Below, piece by piece: positions 1-8,197 of a stretch of 64,000 nt of DNA. The stretch covers positions 35,640 through 99,639 of the forward strand of contig CAMOIJ010000001.1 of NCBI GenBank assembly GCA_946615865.1, given 5' to 3'. Each line of letters begins with the position of its first letter. Position 1 is the stretch's first letter. Made by a program: the position numbers and the translations under genes. The notes beneath the pieces were generated by a model, which was not told the origin of the DNA, made no database searches, and saw only the letters and a list, made by a program, of their open reading frames with translations. The stretch comes from an uncultured Lachnospiraceae bacterium. GTDB taxonomy: Bacteria > Bacillota > Clostridia > Lachnospirales > Lachnospiraceae.

Positions 1-103
1 GCGGATCTCCGACAAAAGTGAAGAGTCCCACAATCCCGAAGAGAAGCAGTCCGAGGTCCAGCGCCGCGCAGCAGACCAGAATAATATATCGAAATACGTT
101 CAT
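1..103 (-). CDS. 5' part of a hypothetical membrane/secreted protein (runs off window edge)
   Basis: ATG at 103 preceded by GGAGGA RBS; reads MNVFRYIILVCCAALDLGLLLFGIVGLFTFVGDP, hydrophobic N-terminus; not in ORF track. Confidence 0.65.
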   Translation of the reverse strand, partial: MNVFRYIILVCCAALDLGLLLFGIVGLFTFVGDP

Positions 104-275
104 TTTTCCTCCATCAGTTTGACAATCAGGCGTATTTGTAAATTGGCGAATGAACGATCGTGCGCTACAATAGTGAGAACACGACATCTTATGTAAGTTT
201 ACTACTTTGTAGAGGATTGGGCTATATTTTGGCAAAAAAGCGCGATCCGGTTAATTATACTATGAGGAGATCCGG

Positions 276-1139
276 ATGATGAATCAGAAAACAGGGCTTG
301 TCCTGGAAGGCGGCGCGATGCGCGGATTGTTCAGCGCCGGCGTACTGGATGTGATGATGGAAAATGGAATTGAATTCGATGGGATCATGGGCGTCTCGGC
401 GGGCGCGGTCTTCGGCTGCAATTATAAGTCCGGGCAGATCGGCCGCTCGATCCGCTACAATATGCGCTTCTGCGGCGATCCCAGATACTGCAGCCTGGAA
501 TCTCTGCGCAAGACCGGCGATCTGTACGGCGTCCAGTTCTGCTACGATGAGATTCCCAATAAACTCGATCCATTCGACAAGGAGGCTTACAAGGCCAATC
601 CGACTCCTTTCTACGCGGTCTGCACCAATGTCGAGACCGGAAAGGCGATCCACAAGCGCCTGGACAACGGCGACGCCAAGGATATGGAATACTTCCGCGC
701 CTCTGCTTCCATGCCGGTCGTATCCCGCATTGTGGAAGTCGACGGCTACAAACTTCTGGACGGCGGCATCACGGACAGCATCCCGCTCGCGAGCATGGAG
801 CGCCGCGGTTACAAGAGGAACGTCGTGGTTCTCACGCAGCCCCTCGGCTTTGTGAAGAAGAAAAGCAAGATGATCCCTCTGATCCGCCTGACAATGCATC
901 AGTATCCCAATGTGATCAGGGCTATGGAAGTGCGCCACATCCGCTACAATAAGCAGACCGCTTACGTGCGGGAGCAGGAGCTGGCGGGGAACGCATTTGT
1001 CATCCGTCCCCCTCATGATCTGGGCATCAGCCGTACCGAGGACGACCCCGCAGAGCTTCGCAGAGTCTATGAACTCGGGAGAAAAGAGATGGAAGAGCGC
1101 CTGCCGGAGCTCAGAAAGTTCCTGGAAGAGAGCTGCTGA
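276..1139 (+). CDS. patatin-like phospholipase family protein
   Basis: GGAMRG oxyanion motif, GVSAG nucleophile elbow, DGG motif. Confidence 0.92.
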   Translation: MMNQKTGLVLEGGAMRGLFSAGVLDVMMENGIEFDGIMGVSAGAVFGCNYKSGQIGRSIRYNMRFCGDPRYCSLESLRKTGDLYGVQFCYDEIPNKLDPFDKEAYKANPTPFYAVCTNVETGKAIHKRLDNGDAKDMEYFRASASMPVVSRIVEVDGYKLLDGGITDSIPLASMERRGYKRNVVVLTQPLGFVKKKSKMIPLIRLTMHQYPNVIRAMEVRHIRYNKQTAYVREQELAGNAFVIRPPHDLGISRTEDDPAELRRVYELGRKEMEERLPELRKFLEESC

Positions 1140-1142
1140 CCG

Positions 1143-1544
1143 TCATTTACGGACCAGATCGCTCAGCCACTTGCTGTGGAAAAAGTCATGGGTCAGTTTG
1201 TCGTACTCCGCCCACATGGGCAGAGTTTCGCACTCTCCCGCTCTGGGGCAGGGAACTGCGTCATTTGCAAGGCAGGCCACGGTCGCCAGGGAGCCCTCCA
1301 TCAGTTCGATAACTTCGCCGATGTTGTACTCCTCGGGTTTCCGATTCAATTTGTAGCCGCCGCCCTTGCCGCTCACTCCGGTCAAAAGACCGCCGACGAC
1401 CATATCTTTAACAATGATCTCCAGGTATTTTTTGGAAATATTCTGTCTGGCAGCGATGTCCTTTAAAGGGATGTAGCTGCCGTTATCATTTTCTGCAATA
1501 TCGATCAATACGCGGATCGCGTAGCGCCCTCTGGTTGAGATCAT
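1143..1544 (-). CDS. Rrf2 family transcriptional regulator (CymR/IscR-like)
   Basis: MISTRGRYAIR start, ISKKYLEII and GKGGGYKL winged-helix motifs, C-x7-C-x5-C; start trimmed to ATG 1544 after GAAAGGCGG; divergent from metY-cysK. Confidence 0.9.
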   Translation of the reverse strand: MISTRGRYAIRVLIDIAENDNGSYIPLKDIAARQNISKKYLEIIVKDMVVGGLLTGVSGKGGGYKLNRKPEEYNIGEVIELMEGSLATVACLANDAVPCPRAGECETLPMWAEYDKLTHDFFHSKWLSDLVRK

Positions 1545-1567
1545 AAGGATACCGCCTTTCTGTTTTT

Positions 1568-1657
1568 TGCCTATTTTATAGTAGGTAAATGGGTAAATCA
1601 AGATGTGCGGTACAAATTTCCAAATATTTGCCTATTGACATGATAGGTTAATAGGCA
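1568..1657. promoter_or_regulatory. two related inverted-repeat boxes, candidate Rrf2 operators
   Basis: TGCCTATT-N13-AATAGGCA (1629-1657, perfect arms) and TGCCTATT-N12-AATGGGTA (1568-1595), both with internal TAGGT. Confidence 0.6.
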
Positions 1658-1663
1658 TATAAT
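1635..1663 (+). promoter_or_regulatory. sigma-A promoter of leader-metY-cysK
   Basis: TTGACA(1635-1640)-17 bp-TATAAT(1658-1663), perfect consensus. Confidence 0.85.
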
Positions 1664-1703
1664 GGCGCCAAGAAATGATTCTCACCAAAAGGAGGCTTAA
1701 ACG

Positions 1704-1829
1704 ATGTTCCGCAAATATACATCTGATCAGAATATCGTTATGTGTTGGCGAATGTTGAACTCCCGGGCATATAGGATGGCCGGGGCGTCCGACTGCATGT
1801 CCGCACGCCTCATGAAAGAGCGATGTTAG
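1704..1829 (+). CDS. putative Met/Cys-rich leader peptide (41 aa)
   Basis: AAGGAGG RBS at 1689-1695; MFRKYTSDQNIVMCWRMLNSRAYRMAGASDCMSARLMKERC*; 6 Met + 3 Cys; lies between promoter and a terminator. Confidence 0.65.
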   Translation: MFRKYTSDQNIVMCWRMLNSRAYRMAGASDCMSARLMKERC

Positions 1830-1857
1830 TGCTGCAGGCACACACACTTGCCATTTG

Positions 1858-1891
1858 CCCGGGAGCTTCTCAAAGGATCCCGGGATTTTTT
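1858..1891 (+). terminator. intrinsic terminator in the metY leader (attenuator)
   Basis: CCCGGGA...TCCCGGG stem followed by ATTTTTT, upstream of metY start. Confidence 0.65.
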
Positions 1892-1953
1892 ATGTCCCGG
1901 GATCTGCCTCAGGCAACCGCAAGAATATAAAGAACCAAAAAAGGAGAAATAAA

Positions 1954-3237
1954 ATGAGCAAGTACAAATTTGAAACCCTGCAGCTGCACGTTGGACAGGA
2001 ACAGGCCGATCCGGCTACCGATTCCCGCGCCGTTCCGATCTACCAGACCACTTCCTATGTGTTCCACAACAGCAAACACGCGGCGGACCGCTTCGGACTC
2101 GCCGATCCCGGCAACATCTACGGCCGTCTGACCAATTCCACCCAGGAGGTGCTCGAGAAGCGTCTCGCTGCTCTTGAAGGCGGCACCGCTGCCCTGGCAG
2201 TAGCTTCCGGCGCGGCGGCCATTTCCTATACGATCCAGGCCCTGGCCGCAGGCGGCGGCCACATCGTCGCGCAGAAAACTATTTACGGCGGAAGCTTCAA
2301 CCTTCTTGGCCACACACTTCCCCAGTACGGCATCGAGACGACTTTCGTGAACGCGCACGACCTGGCGGAGCTCGAAGGCGCCATCACAGATAAGACACGG
2401 GCTGTGTATCTGGAGACCCTCGGCAACCCGAACAGCGACATTCCCGACATCGACGCGATCGCGCAGATTGCTCACAAGCACGGGCTTCCGCTGGTGATCG
2501 ACAATACCTTCGGAACTCCCTATCTGATCCGTCCTATCGAACACGGAGCCGACATCGTCGTCCACTCCGCGACGAAATTCATCGGAGGCCACGGCACGAC
2601 ACTGGGCGGCATCATCGTCGAGTCCGGCAAATTCGACTGGGGCGCCGGCGGGAAGTATCCTCAGCTTGCGGATCCCAATCCCAGCTACCACGGGATTTCT
2701 TTCTACGATGCTGTTGGACCGGCTGCTTTCGTGACCTACATCCGGGCGATCCTGCTGCGCGACACAGGCGCCGCTATTTCTCCTTTTAACGCATTCCTGC
2801 TCCTGCAGGGCGTGGAGACCCTCTCCCTGAGGCTCGACAGGCACGCCGAGAACACGAAGAAGGTCGTCGAATACCTCGCGGCTCATCCGCTGGTGGAAAA
2901 CGTCAATCACCCCTCCCTTCCCGATCACCCGGATCACGCGCTTTACACGCGGTATTTCCCGAACGGAGGCGCCTCGATCTTCACCTTTGAGATCAAGGGC
3001 GGCCAAAAAGAAGCCTGGGATTTCATCGATCATCTGGAGATCTTCTCCCTGCTGGCCAATGTGGCAGACGTCAAGAGCCTTGTGATCCACCCCGCTTCCA
3101 CCACTCACTCCCAGCTCTCTGAGGAGGAGCTCCTGGACCAGGGTATTAAGCCCAACACCATCCGGCTCTCCATAGGAACCGAGCACATAGATGACATTAT
3201 CGCGGACCTCGAGAAGGGCTTTGCCGCTCTTGGCTGA
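1954..3237 (+). CDS. metY: O-acetylhomoserine aminocarboxypropyltransferase (OAH/OAS sulfhydrylase)
   Basis: ETLQLHVGQ, PIYQTTSY, IYGRLTN, HSATKFIGGHG (PLP Lys), LANVADVKSLVIHPASTTH; start after AAGGAG. Confidence 0.93.
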   Translation: MSKYKFETLQLHVGQEQADPATDSRAVPIYQTTSYVFHNSKHAADRFGLADPGNIYGRLTNSTQEVLEKRLAALEGGTAALAVASGAAAISYTIQALAAGGGHIVAQKTIYGGSFNLLGHTLPQYGIETTFVNAHDLAELEGAITDKTRAVYLETLGNPNSDIPDIDAIAQIAHKHGLPLVIDNTFGTPYLIRPIEHGADIVVHSATKFIGGHGTTLGGIIVESGKFDWGAGGKYPQLADPNPSYHGISFYDAVGPAAFVTYIRAILLRDTGAAISPFNAFLLLQGVETLSLRLDRHAENTKKVVEYLAAHPLVENVNHPSLPDHPDHALYTRYFPNGGASIFTFEIKGGQKEAWDFIDHLEIFSLLANVADVKSLVIHPASTTHSQLSEEELLDQGIKPNTIRLSIGTEHIDDIIADLEKGFAALG

Positions 3238-3330
3238 GCCAAAACATTGGCCCCTGTACTTATAAACTAAGTGCCCTGACCGGCCGTCAGGGCTCAGACA
3301 TCACAATTTAATTGTAGAAGGAGGATTATC

Positions 3331-4263
3331 ATGGCTAATATTCACAAGAGCGCTGCGGAACTGATCGGAAACACCCCTCTTTTAGAGGTCACAAATATTG
3401 AGAGAGACCTTGGACTGAAAGCGAAAGTCCTTGTGAAACTTGAGTACTTCAATCCCGCGGGAAGCGTAAAGGACCGCATCGCCAAGGCGATGATCGAAGA
3501 CGCGGAAGCCAAGGGTCTGCTGAGAGAAGGCTCCACGATCATTGAGCCCACATCCGGCAATACCGGTATCGGTCTTGCGGCGATCGCAGCCGCGAAGGGC
3601 TACCGCATTATTCTGACGATGCCCGAGACCATGAGCGTGGAGAGACGCAATATTATGAAAGCATACGGAGCGGAGCTTGTCCTCACAGAGGGCTCCCAGG
3701 GCATGAAGGGCGCGATCGCCAAGGCCGCCAAGCTGGCGCTGGAGATCCCGAACAGCTTTATTCCCGGCCAGTTCGTCAATCCGGCCAACCCGGCGATCCA
3801 CAGGGCGACCACCGGTCCAGAGATCTGGCGCGACACCGACGGCAAGGTAGATATCTTCATCGCAGGTGTCGGAACGGGCGGCACGCTGACCGGCGTAGGT
3901 GAATATCTGAAGTCTCAGAATCCCAATATCAAAATAGTGGCACTCGAGCCGGAAGGGTCCCCGGTCCTCTCCGAGGGCAGAAGCGGCGCCCACAAGATCC
4001 AGGGCATCGGCGCGGGCTTTGTCCCGGAAGTCCTGAACACGAAGGTCTACAGCGAGATCTTCCGCGCAGCCAATGAGGACGCCTTTGCCGCGGCGAAGCT
4101 CCTCGCCAAGAAGGAAGGCGTTTCCGTAGGAATCTCCTCCGGCGCAGCCCTGCACGGCGCGATCGAGCTGGCTAAGCGCCCGGAAAACGCAGGCAAGACT
4201 ATCGTGGCCCTGCTCCCTGACAGCGGTGACCGTTATTATTCCACCGCGCTGTTTACAGAATGA
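3331..4263 (+). CDS. cysK: cysteine synthase A
   Basis: NPAGSVKDRIA (PLP Lys), EPTSGNTGIGLA, GVGTGGT, HKIQGIGAGF, DSGDRYYST. Confidence 0.95.
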   Translation: MANIHKSAAELIGNTPLLEVTNIERDLGLKAKVLVKLEYFNPAGSVKDRIAKAMIEDAEAKGLLREGSTIIEPTSGNTGIGLAAIAAAKGYRIILTMPETMSVERRNIMKAYGAELVLTEGSQGMKGAIAKAAKLALEIPNSFIPGQFVNPANPAIHRATTGPEIWRDTDGKVDIFIAGVGTGGTLTGVGEYLKSQNPNIKIVALEPEGSPVLSEGRSGAHKIQGIGAGFVPEVLNTKVYSEIFRAANEDAFAAAKLLAKKEGVSVGISSGAALHGAIELAKRPENAGKTIVALLPDSGDRYYSTALFTE

Positions 4264-4281
4264 GCCGGTCTTAAAATCAAA

Positions 4282-4325
4282 AAAGGCGCGCACATGCGGA
4301 TGTTCTTTCCGCTGTGCGCGCCTTT
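4282..4325. terminator. bidirectional intrinsic terminator
   Basis: AAAGGCGCGCACA...TGTGCGCGCCTTT inverted repeat between convergent genes. Confidence 0.75.
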
Positions 4326-4346
4326 GTGCGTCAAAAGCATGATCTA

Positions 4347-4931
4347 TTACTTGTTATCCTTCGGCTTCTCTGTTGTCTCAGAGTTAACCTCTGTATATTT
4401 TGACTTAGTGTCCTTCGGAGCCGTTTTCTTCCCTGATTCGCCTGTCTTCTTGATCTCTTTCCAGTCAGAGAGCCAGTCCGGCACCTTGTCCGTGGACGAG
4501 AACTCAAAGGTTTCGACAAACAGGAATTTGCGTGTCACGAAGATAATAGCGATCGCGCATACCGTCAGAAGGTTCTCCAATGAATTGCCGCCCTCGAGGA
4601 CCATATGCCTCGACAGAGCGAACAGCAGCACTTCGATAACACTGCCCGGCGTATGCTTGATAAGCATCTTGATGAACTCGATTCCGATGACCAGATCGAG
4701 CGCGCTCTCTAGGAAATGACGGTACGAAACAGTGCCCTGGCTCATCGAGCCCAGAAGCGGCAGTTCTCTCACCAGCGGGTACACGCTTATGATGAAGCCA
4801 AACGCCACGATGATCGCGATACCGATCTCGAAAATATCCATCAGGTGTTCCAAATACGCGGTAACATGATGAATCCTGTCCCCTACACTTTCATGGCTTT
4901 CATGAACATTATTGTTGTCGTGATCAGACAT
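4347..4931 (-). CDS. PsiE-like (phosphate-starvation-inducible E family) membrane protein
   Basis: about 4 TM helices, LDLVIGIEFIKML..H...VIEVLLFALSRHMV pattern; charged C-terminal tail. Confidence 0.65.
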   Translation of the reverse strand: MSDHDNNNVHESHESVGDRIHHVTAYLEHLMDIFEIGIAIIVAFGFIISVYPLVRELPLLGSMSQGTVSYRHFLESALDLVIGIEFIKMLIKHTPGSVIEVLLFALSRHMVLEGGNSLENLLTVCAIAIIFVTRKFLFVETFEFSSTDKVPDWLSDWKEIKKTGESGKKTAPKDTKSKYTEVNSETTEKPKDNK

Positions 4932-5092
4932 ACAATCCCCCTATCTTTTTCATCTTCCCCACGGCACCAACTTATTGCCTGCAATGATATTGTACTATAT
5001 CCCGGCACTTTCTTGAGGTTTTTTTTCGGAAATGCTACAGTAAAATGTAACATTACTTTCATTTTATGTGATTAACACTGAGGGGGCAAAAC

Positions 5093-6373
5093 ATGGATTT
5101 CAACAGTGATGACTTCAGAGACCAGCTTGAAGCGATTCTCTTCAAGATCAAAACAGGCTTCACACAGGTGATCAGGCTCCTGGGCTACGGCCTTTTGTGC
5201 GGTACGATCGTCGGAGCGGTTGCCAGCGTCTTCGCGCTTGGCATTGATTATGCCACAGAGCTGCGGGCGCAGCATCCCTGGGTCATCTTCCTGATGCCGA
5301 TCGGCGCGGCTGTCATCGTCTTCTTCTACCAGAAATTCGATCACAGCGAAGGGACAGACACCGTCCTCCTGGCGGTCACAAGAAATGAGAGCGTCCCCGG
5401 TACCATGGCTCCCCTGATCTTTTGTTCCACGATCCTTTCCCACTTTATGGGCGCTTCCGTAGGCCGCGAAGGTGCGGCGCTGCAGATCGGCGGATGCCTT
5501 GGCGATGAGATGGGCAAGCGCCTTCATTTCCAGGAAGAAGCGCGAAGGATCATGGTAATGGCCGGTATGAGCGCAGCTTTCTCGGCACTCTTCGGAACGC
5601 CGCTGGCAGCCACAGTAATCGCCATGGAGATCAGCCATGTAGGCCTTCTCCAGTACGACGCGCTAGTCCCCTGTGTTCTCTCAGCTCTTCCCGCCTACTA
5701 TATTTCCGCCATGATGGGCGTTGAAAAGCATCCCTGGGCACTCTCCGCGGTGAAGCCTTTCTCCCTGCCTATGGCTGTGGCCACCTTCGTACTGGCCGTT
5801 CTTTGCGCGCTGGTCAGCGTCCTCTTTGTCGTCGCTCTGGGCAGGATCCCTGCACTGGCGAGGAAGATCCCCGCTTCCCCGATCCCCCGCGCGGCGATCG
5901 TCGCAGTCATCCTGCTTGTCATGACCCTCCTCTCCGGCGGCCAGTTCTACAACGGCGCGGGCGGACACGTCATCACCGAATGCCTGCAGGGAGAACCCGT
6001 CCCTGTCTACGCATTCCTTCTGAAGATCCTGTTTACAGCCGTCTCCATCGCAGCCGGCTTCAAGGGCGGTGAAATTGTTCCCGCACTGTTCATAGGTGCC
6101 TCTTTCGGCTCTGTCGTCGGACCTCTCATGGGTATCCCCAGCGGTCTTGCGGCAGCCATCGGCATGGGCTGCCTATTCAGCTGCGTCACCAACTGCCCTC
6201 TCGGCACTCTTCTCATCTGTTTCGAGATGTTCGGCTTCGAGGGCTGGCCCTACTACCTTCTGGCCATCGCCATCGCCTCCACCGTATCCGGAAACTATGG
6301 CCTCTATCATCACCAGAAGATCCGCTACGGCAAGTTCAAGGTTGGCGTTGAGGATTCGCATGCGCATCATTGA
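5093..6373 (+). CDS. CLC family chloride channel/antiporter (EriC-like)
   Basis: GASVGREGAALQIG, AAFSALFGTPLAA, GFKGGEIVP, VTNCPL; multiple TM helices. Confidence 0.9.
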   Translation: MDFNSDDFRDQLEAILFKIKTGFTQVIRLLGYGLLCGTIVGAVASVFALGIDYATELRAQHPWVIFLMPIGAAVIVFFYQKFDHSEGTDTVLLAVTRNESVPGTMAPLIFCSTILSHFMGASVGREGAALQIGGCLGDEMGKRLHFQEEARRIMVMAGMSAAFSALFGTPLAATVIAMEISHVGLLQYDALVPCVLSALPAYYISAMMGVEKHPWALSAVKPFSLPMAVATFVLAVLCALVSVLFVVALGRIPALARKIPASPIPRAAIVAVILLVMTLLSGGQFYNGAGGHVITECLQGEPVPVYAFLLKILFTAVSIAAGFKGGEIVPALFIGASFGSVVGPLMGIPSGLAAAIGMGCLFSCVTNCPLGTLLICFEMFGFEGWPYYLLAIAIASTVSGNYGLYHHQKIRYGKFKVGVEDSHAHH

Positions 6374-6561
6374 GGAAATTGCTTGATTTTGTGGTGATTT
6401 TGCGGTTGGGCCGGATTCCGGCTTGCTTCTGCGGCGGTTGGGCATAAGAAGCTGGTTATTTAAAATCATACACAACTCATTATCGGAATACAGTCAGTCT
6501 TGAGTCAAAATATCGCTTTAGCTAAGATTTCAGGTACTTACCAACAAAATATCGATCATTT

Positions 6562-6636
6562 CAGGTATAGATTGCTATTTTTCGTTAATCTATACCTGTT
6601 TTTTTGATTTTTCAAAAAGATTGCATGCAATCTTTT
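6562..6636. repeat. two perfect inverted repeats; first may be the CLC terminator
   Basis: CAGGTATAGATT-N13-AATCTATACCTG followed by T run; 22-bp palindrome AAAAGATTGCATGCAATCTTTT at 6615-6636. Confidence 0.7.
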
Positions 6637-6670
6637 GTGTATGAATCTGTTTTTCCGCTGTTTGTGCCTA

Positions 6671-6785
6671 ATTCACTCTGAAGCCGACTGATTTCCAATG
6701 AAATTCACTCTGAAAACAACTTGCCATCGGTGAAATCCACTCTGAAACCACCTGATTGCCAATGCCCCCACTCTGAAAACAACAA
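6671..6785. repeat. degenerate ~32-bp tandem repeat (4 units)
   Basis: CACTCTGAA at 6674, 6706, 6738, 6769; units 1/3 and 2/4 more alike. Confidence 0.8.
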
Positions 6786-6805
6786 TATCCCACCAAAAAA
6801 CCCAG

Positions 6806-6836
6806 AAAAAAACCGCCGCACCAACCGGTGCGGCGG
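6806..6836 (-). terminator. intrinsic terminator of flavodiiron gene
   Basis: CCGCCGCACC/GGTGCGGCGG stem with 7-T tail on minus strand. Confidence 0.8.
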
Positions 6837-6899
6837 CCTCATTACCACCAAATCATTTTCAGCCTGCCGGATTCTCCGGCAAACTATTTCTAACAGCCC

Positions 6900-8057
6900 T
6901 CAGCCTGCCAGCTCTTCAGCCAGCTTCTCAAGTGCGGCTTCGCTGTCCGCGTTCAGCGCGGACTTGATCGTAACTGTCGTCTCTGTGAAGGTGATGTTCT
7001 TGGATTTCTCAAACATGGCCTTCATGAGCTTGCCTGCTACAGGAGCCCAGGTTCCGTTCTCGATGATAGCGATGGTGCGGTTCTGGTACTCGCGCTCTGT
7101 CAGGTGCTCGATGAATGTATGCATGAAGGGGAAAATGCCGTTGTTGTAGGTCGTTGTAGCAAGGACCAGTCTGTCATAGCGGAACGCGTCCTCAACTGCC
7201 TCAGGCATGTCGTCTCTTGCCAGATCGCTGATGGCGACCTTGACGCCCTTCGCGCGAAGAAGCTCTGCAAGCTTCTCAGCTGCGGCCTTGGTGTGGCCGT
7301 AAACGGATGTGTAAGCGATGCAGACGCCGGGTTCCTCAGGTGTGTAGGAAGACCACTTGTCATACATGCCAAGGTAGTATCCGAGATCTTCGCTCAGAAC
7401 GGGGCCGTGGAGAGGGCAGATGACCTGAATGTCAAGTCCTGCGGCCGCCTTCAGGAGCTTCTGTGTCTGAAGTCCGTATTTGCCCACAATGCCAAAATAG
7501 TATCTGCGCGCTTCGCAAGCCCATCCCTCGGGATCTTCCACATCGTTGGCGCCGAATTTGCCGAAGCCGTCAGCGGAGAAAAGGACCTTGTCAGTGCTAT
7601 CGTATGTGACCATGACCTCAGGCCAGTGAACCATAGGCGCGAACACAAACTTCAGGACATGCTTGCCGAGGCAGAGTTCCTCGCCGTTCTTGACGATCTG
7701 CTTCTTCATGGAAGGATTCTTGCCATAGAACTGCTCCATGAAGGTGAATGTCTTGGCATTTCCAATGACCACAGCGTCCGGATAAGCGCCCAGGAAACTC
7801 GTGATATTAGCGGAGTGATCGGGCTCCATATGCTGTACGATGAGGTAATCCGGCTTCCTGTCGCCAAGGACAGCTGCAAGATTAGCAAGCCACTCCTCGC
7901 CGAAGTGCTGGTCTACGGTGTCCATGACAGCGATCTTCTCGTCGAGGATCACATAAGAGTTGTATGCCATTCCTCTGGGAACAACGTACTGTCCCTCGAA
8001 CAGGTCTACCTGGTGATCATTTACGCCAACATATTTGATATCATCTGTTACTCTCAT
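6900..8057 (-). CDS. fprA: FprA family flavodiiron protein (O2/NO reductase)
   Basis: HMEPDH, MVHWPE, SADGFG, PLHG metallo-beta-lactamase ligands plus flavodoxin YTSVYGHT. Confidence 0.92.
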   Translation of the reverse strand: MRVTDDIKYVGVNDHQVDLFEGQYVVPRGMAYNSYVILDEKIAVMDTVDQHFGEEWLANLAAVLGDRKPDYLIVQHMEPDHSANITSFLGAYPDAVVIGNAKTFTFMEQFYGKNPSMKKQIVKNGEELCLGKHVLKFVFAPMVHWPEVMVTYDSTDKVLFSADGFGKFGANDVEDPEGWACEARRYYFGIVGKYGLQTQKLLKAAAGLDIQVICPLHGPVLSEDLGYYLGMYDKWSSYTPEEPGVCIAYTSVYGHTKAAAEKLAELLRAKGVKVAISDLARDDMPEAVEDAFRYDRLVLATTTYNNGIFPFMHTFIEHLTEREYQNRTIAIIENGTWAPVAGKLMKAMFEKSKNITFTETTVTIKSALNADSEAALEKLAEELAG

Positions 8058-8197
8058 ATCCCGCTCCTTTATACATTATTGTTTTTTATAACCGTAACGA
8101 ATCAGCAACCCGGAATTCAGGATCCGGGCTGCTGAACTGTTACTTATAATTTACCTTAAAATGCTGGTCTCGTCTACTCCCGCGGCAAAATCCGGCA

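Noticed and set aside
1670-1950. T-box or SAM-I riboswitch in the metY leader
   Set aside because: No GGTGGNACC T-box sequence or S-box core recognisable; the uORF model fits better, pending an Rfam scan.
1855-1953. N-terminal extension of MetY from TTG 1855
   Set aside because: It runs through the attenuator hairpin; the real RBS (AAGGAG) precedes ATG 1954.
4932-5092. Fluoride riboswitch upstream of the CLC gene
   Set aside because: No crcB consensus visible; only promoter-like AT-rich sequence and a short IR.
6671-6785. CRISPR array
   Set aside because: Conserved core is only about 9-12 bp, spacers resemble each other, the period is too short and there are no cas genes.
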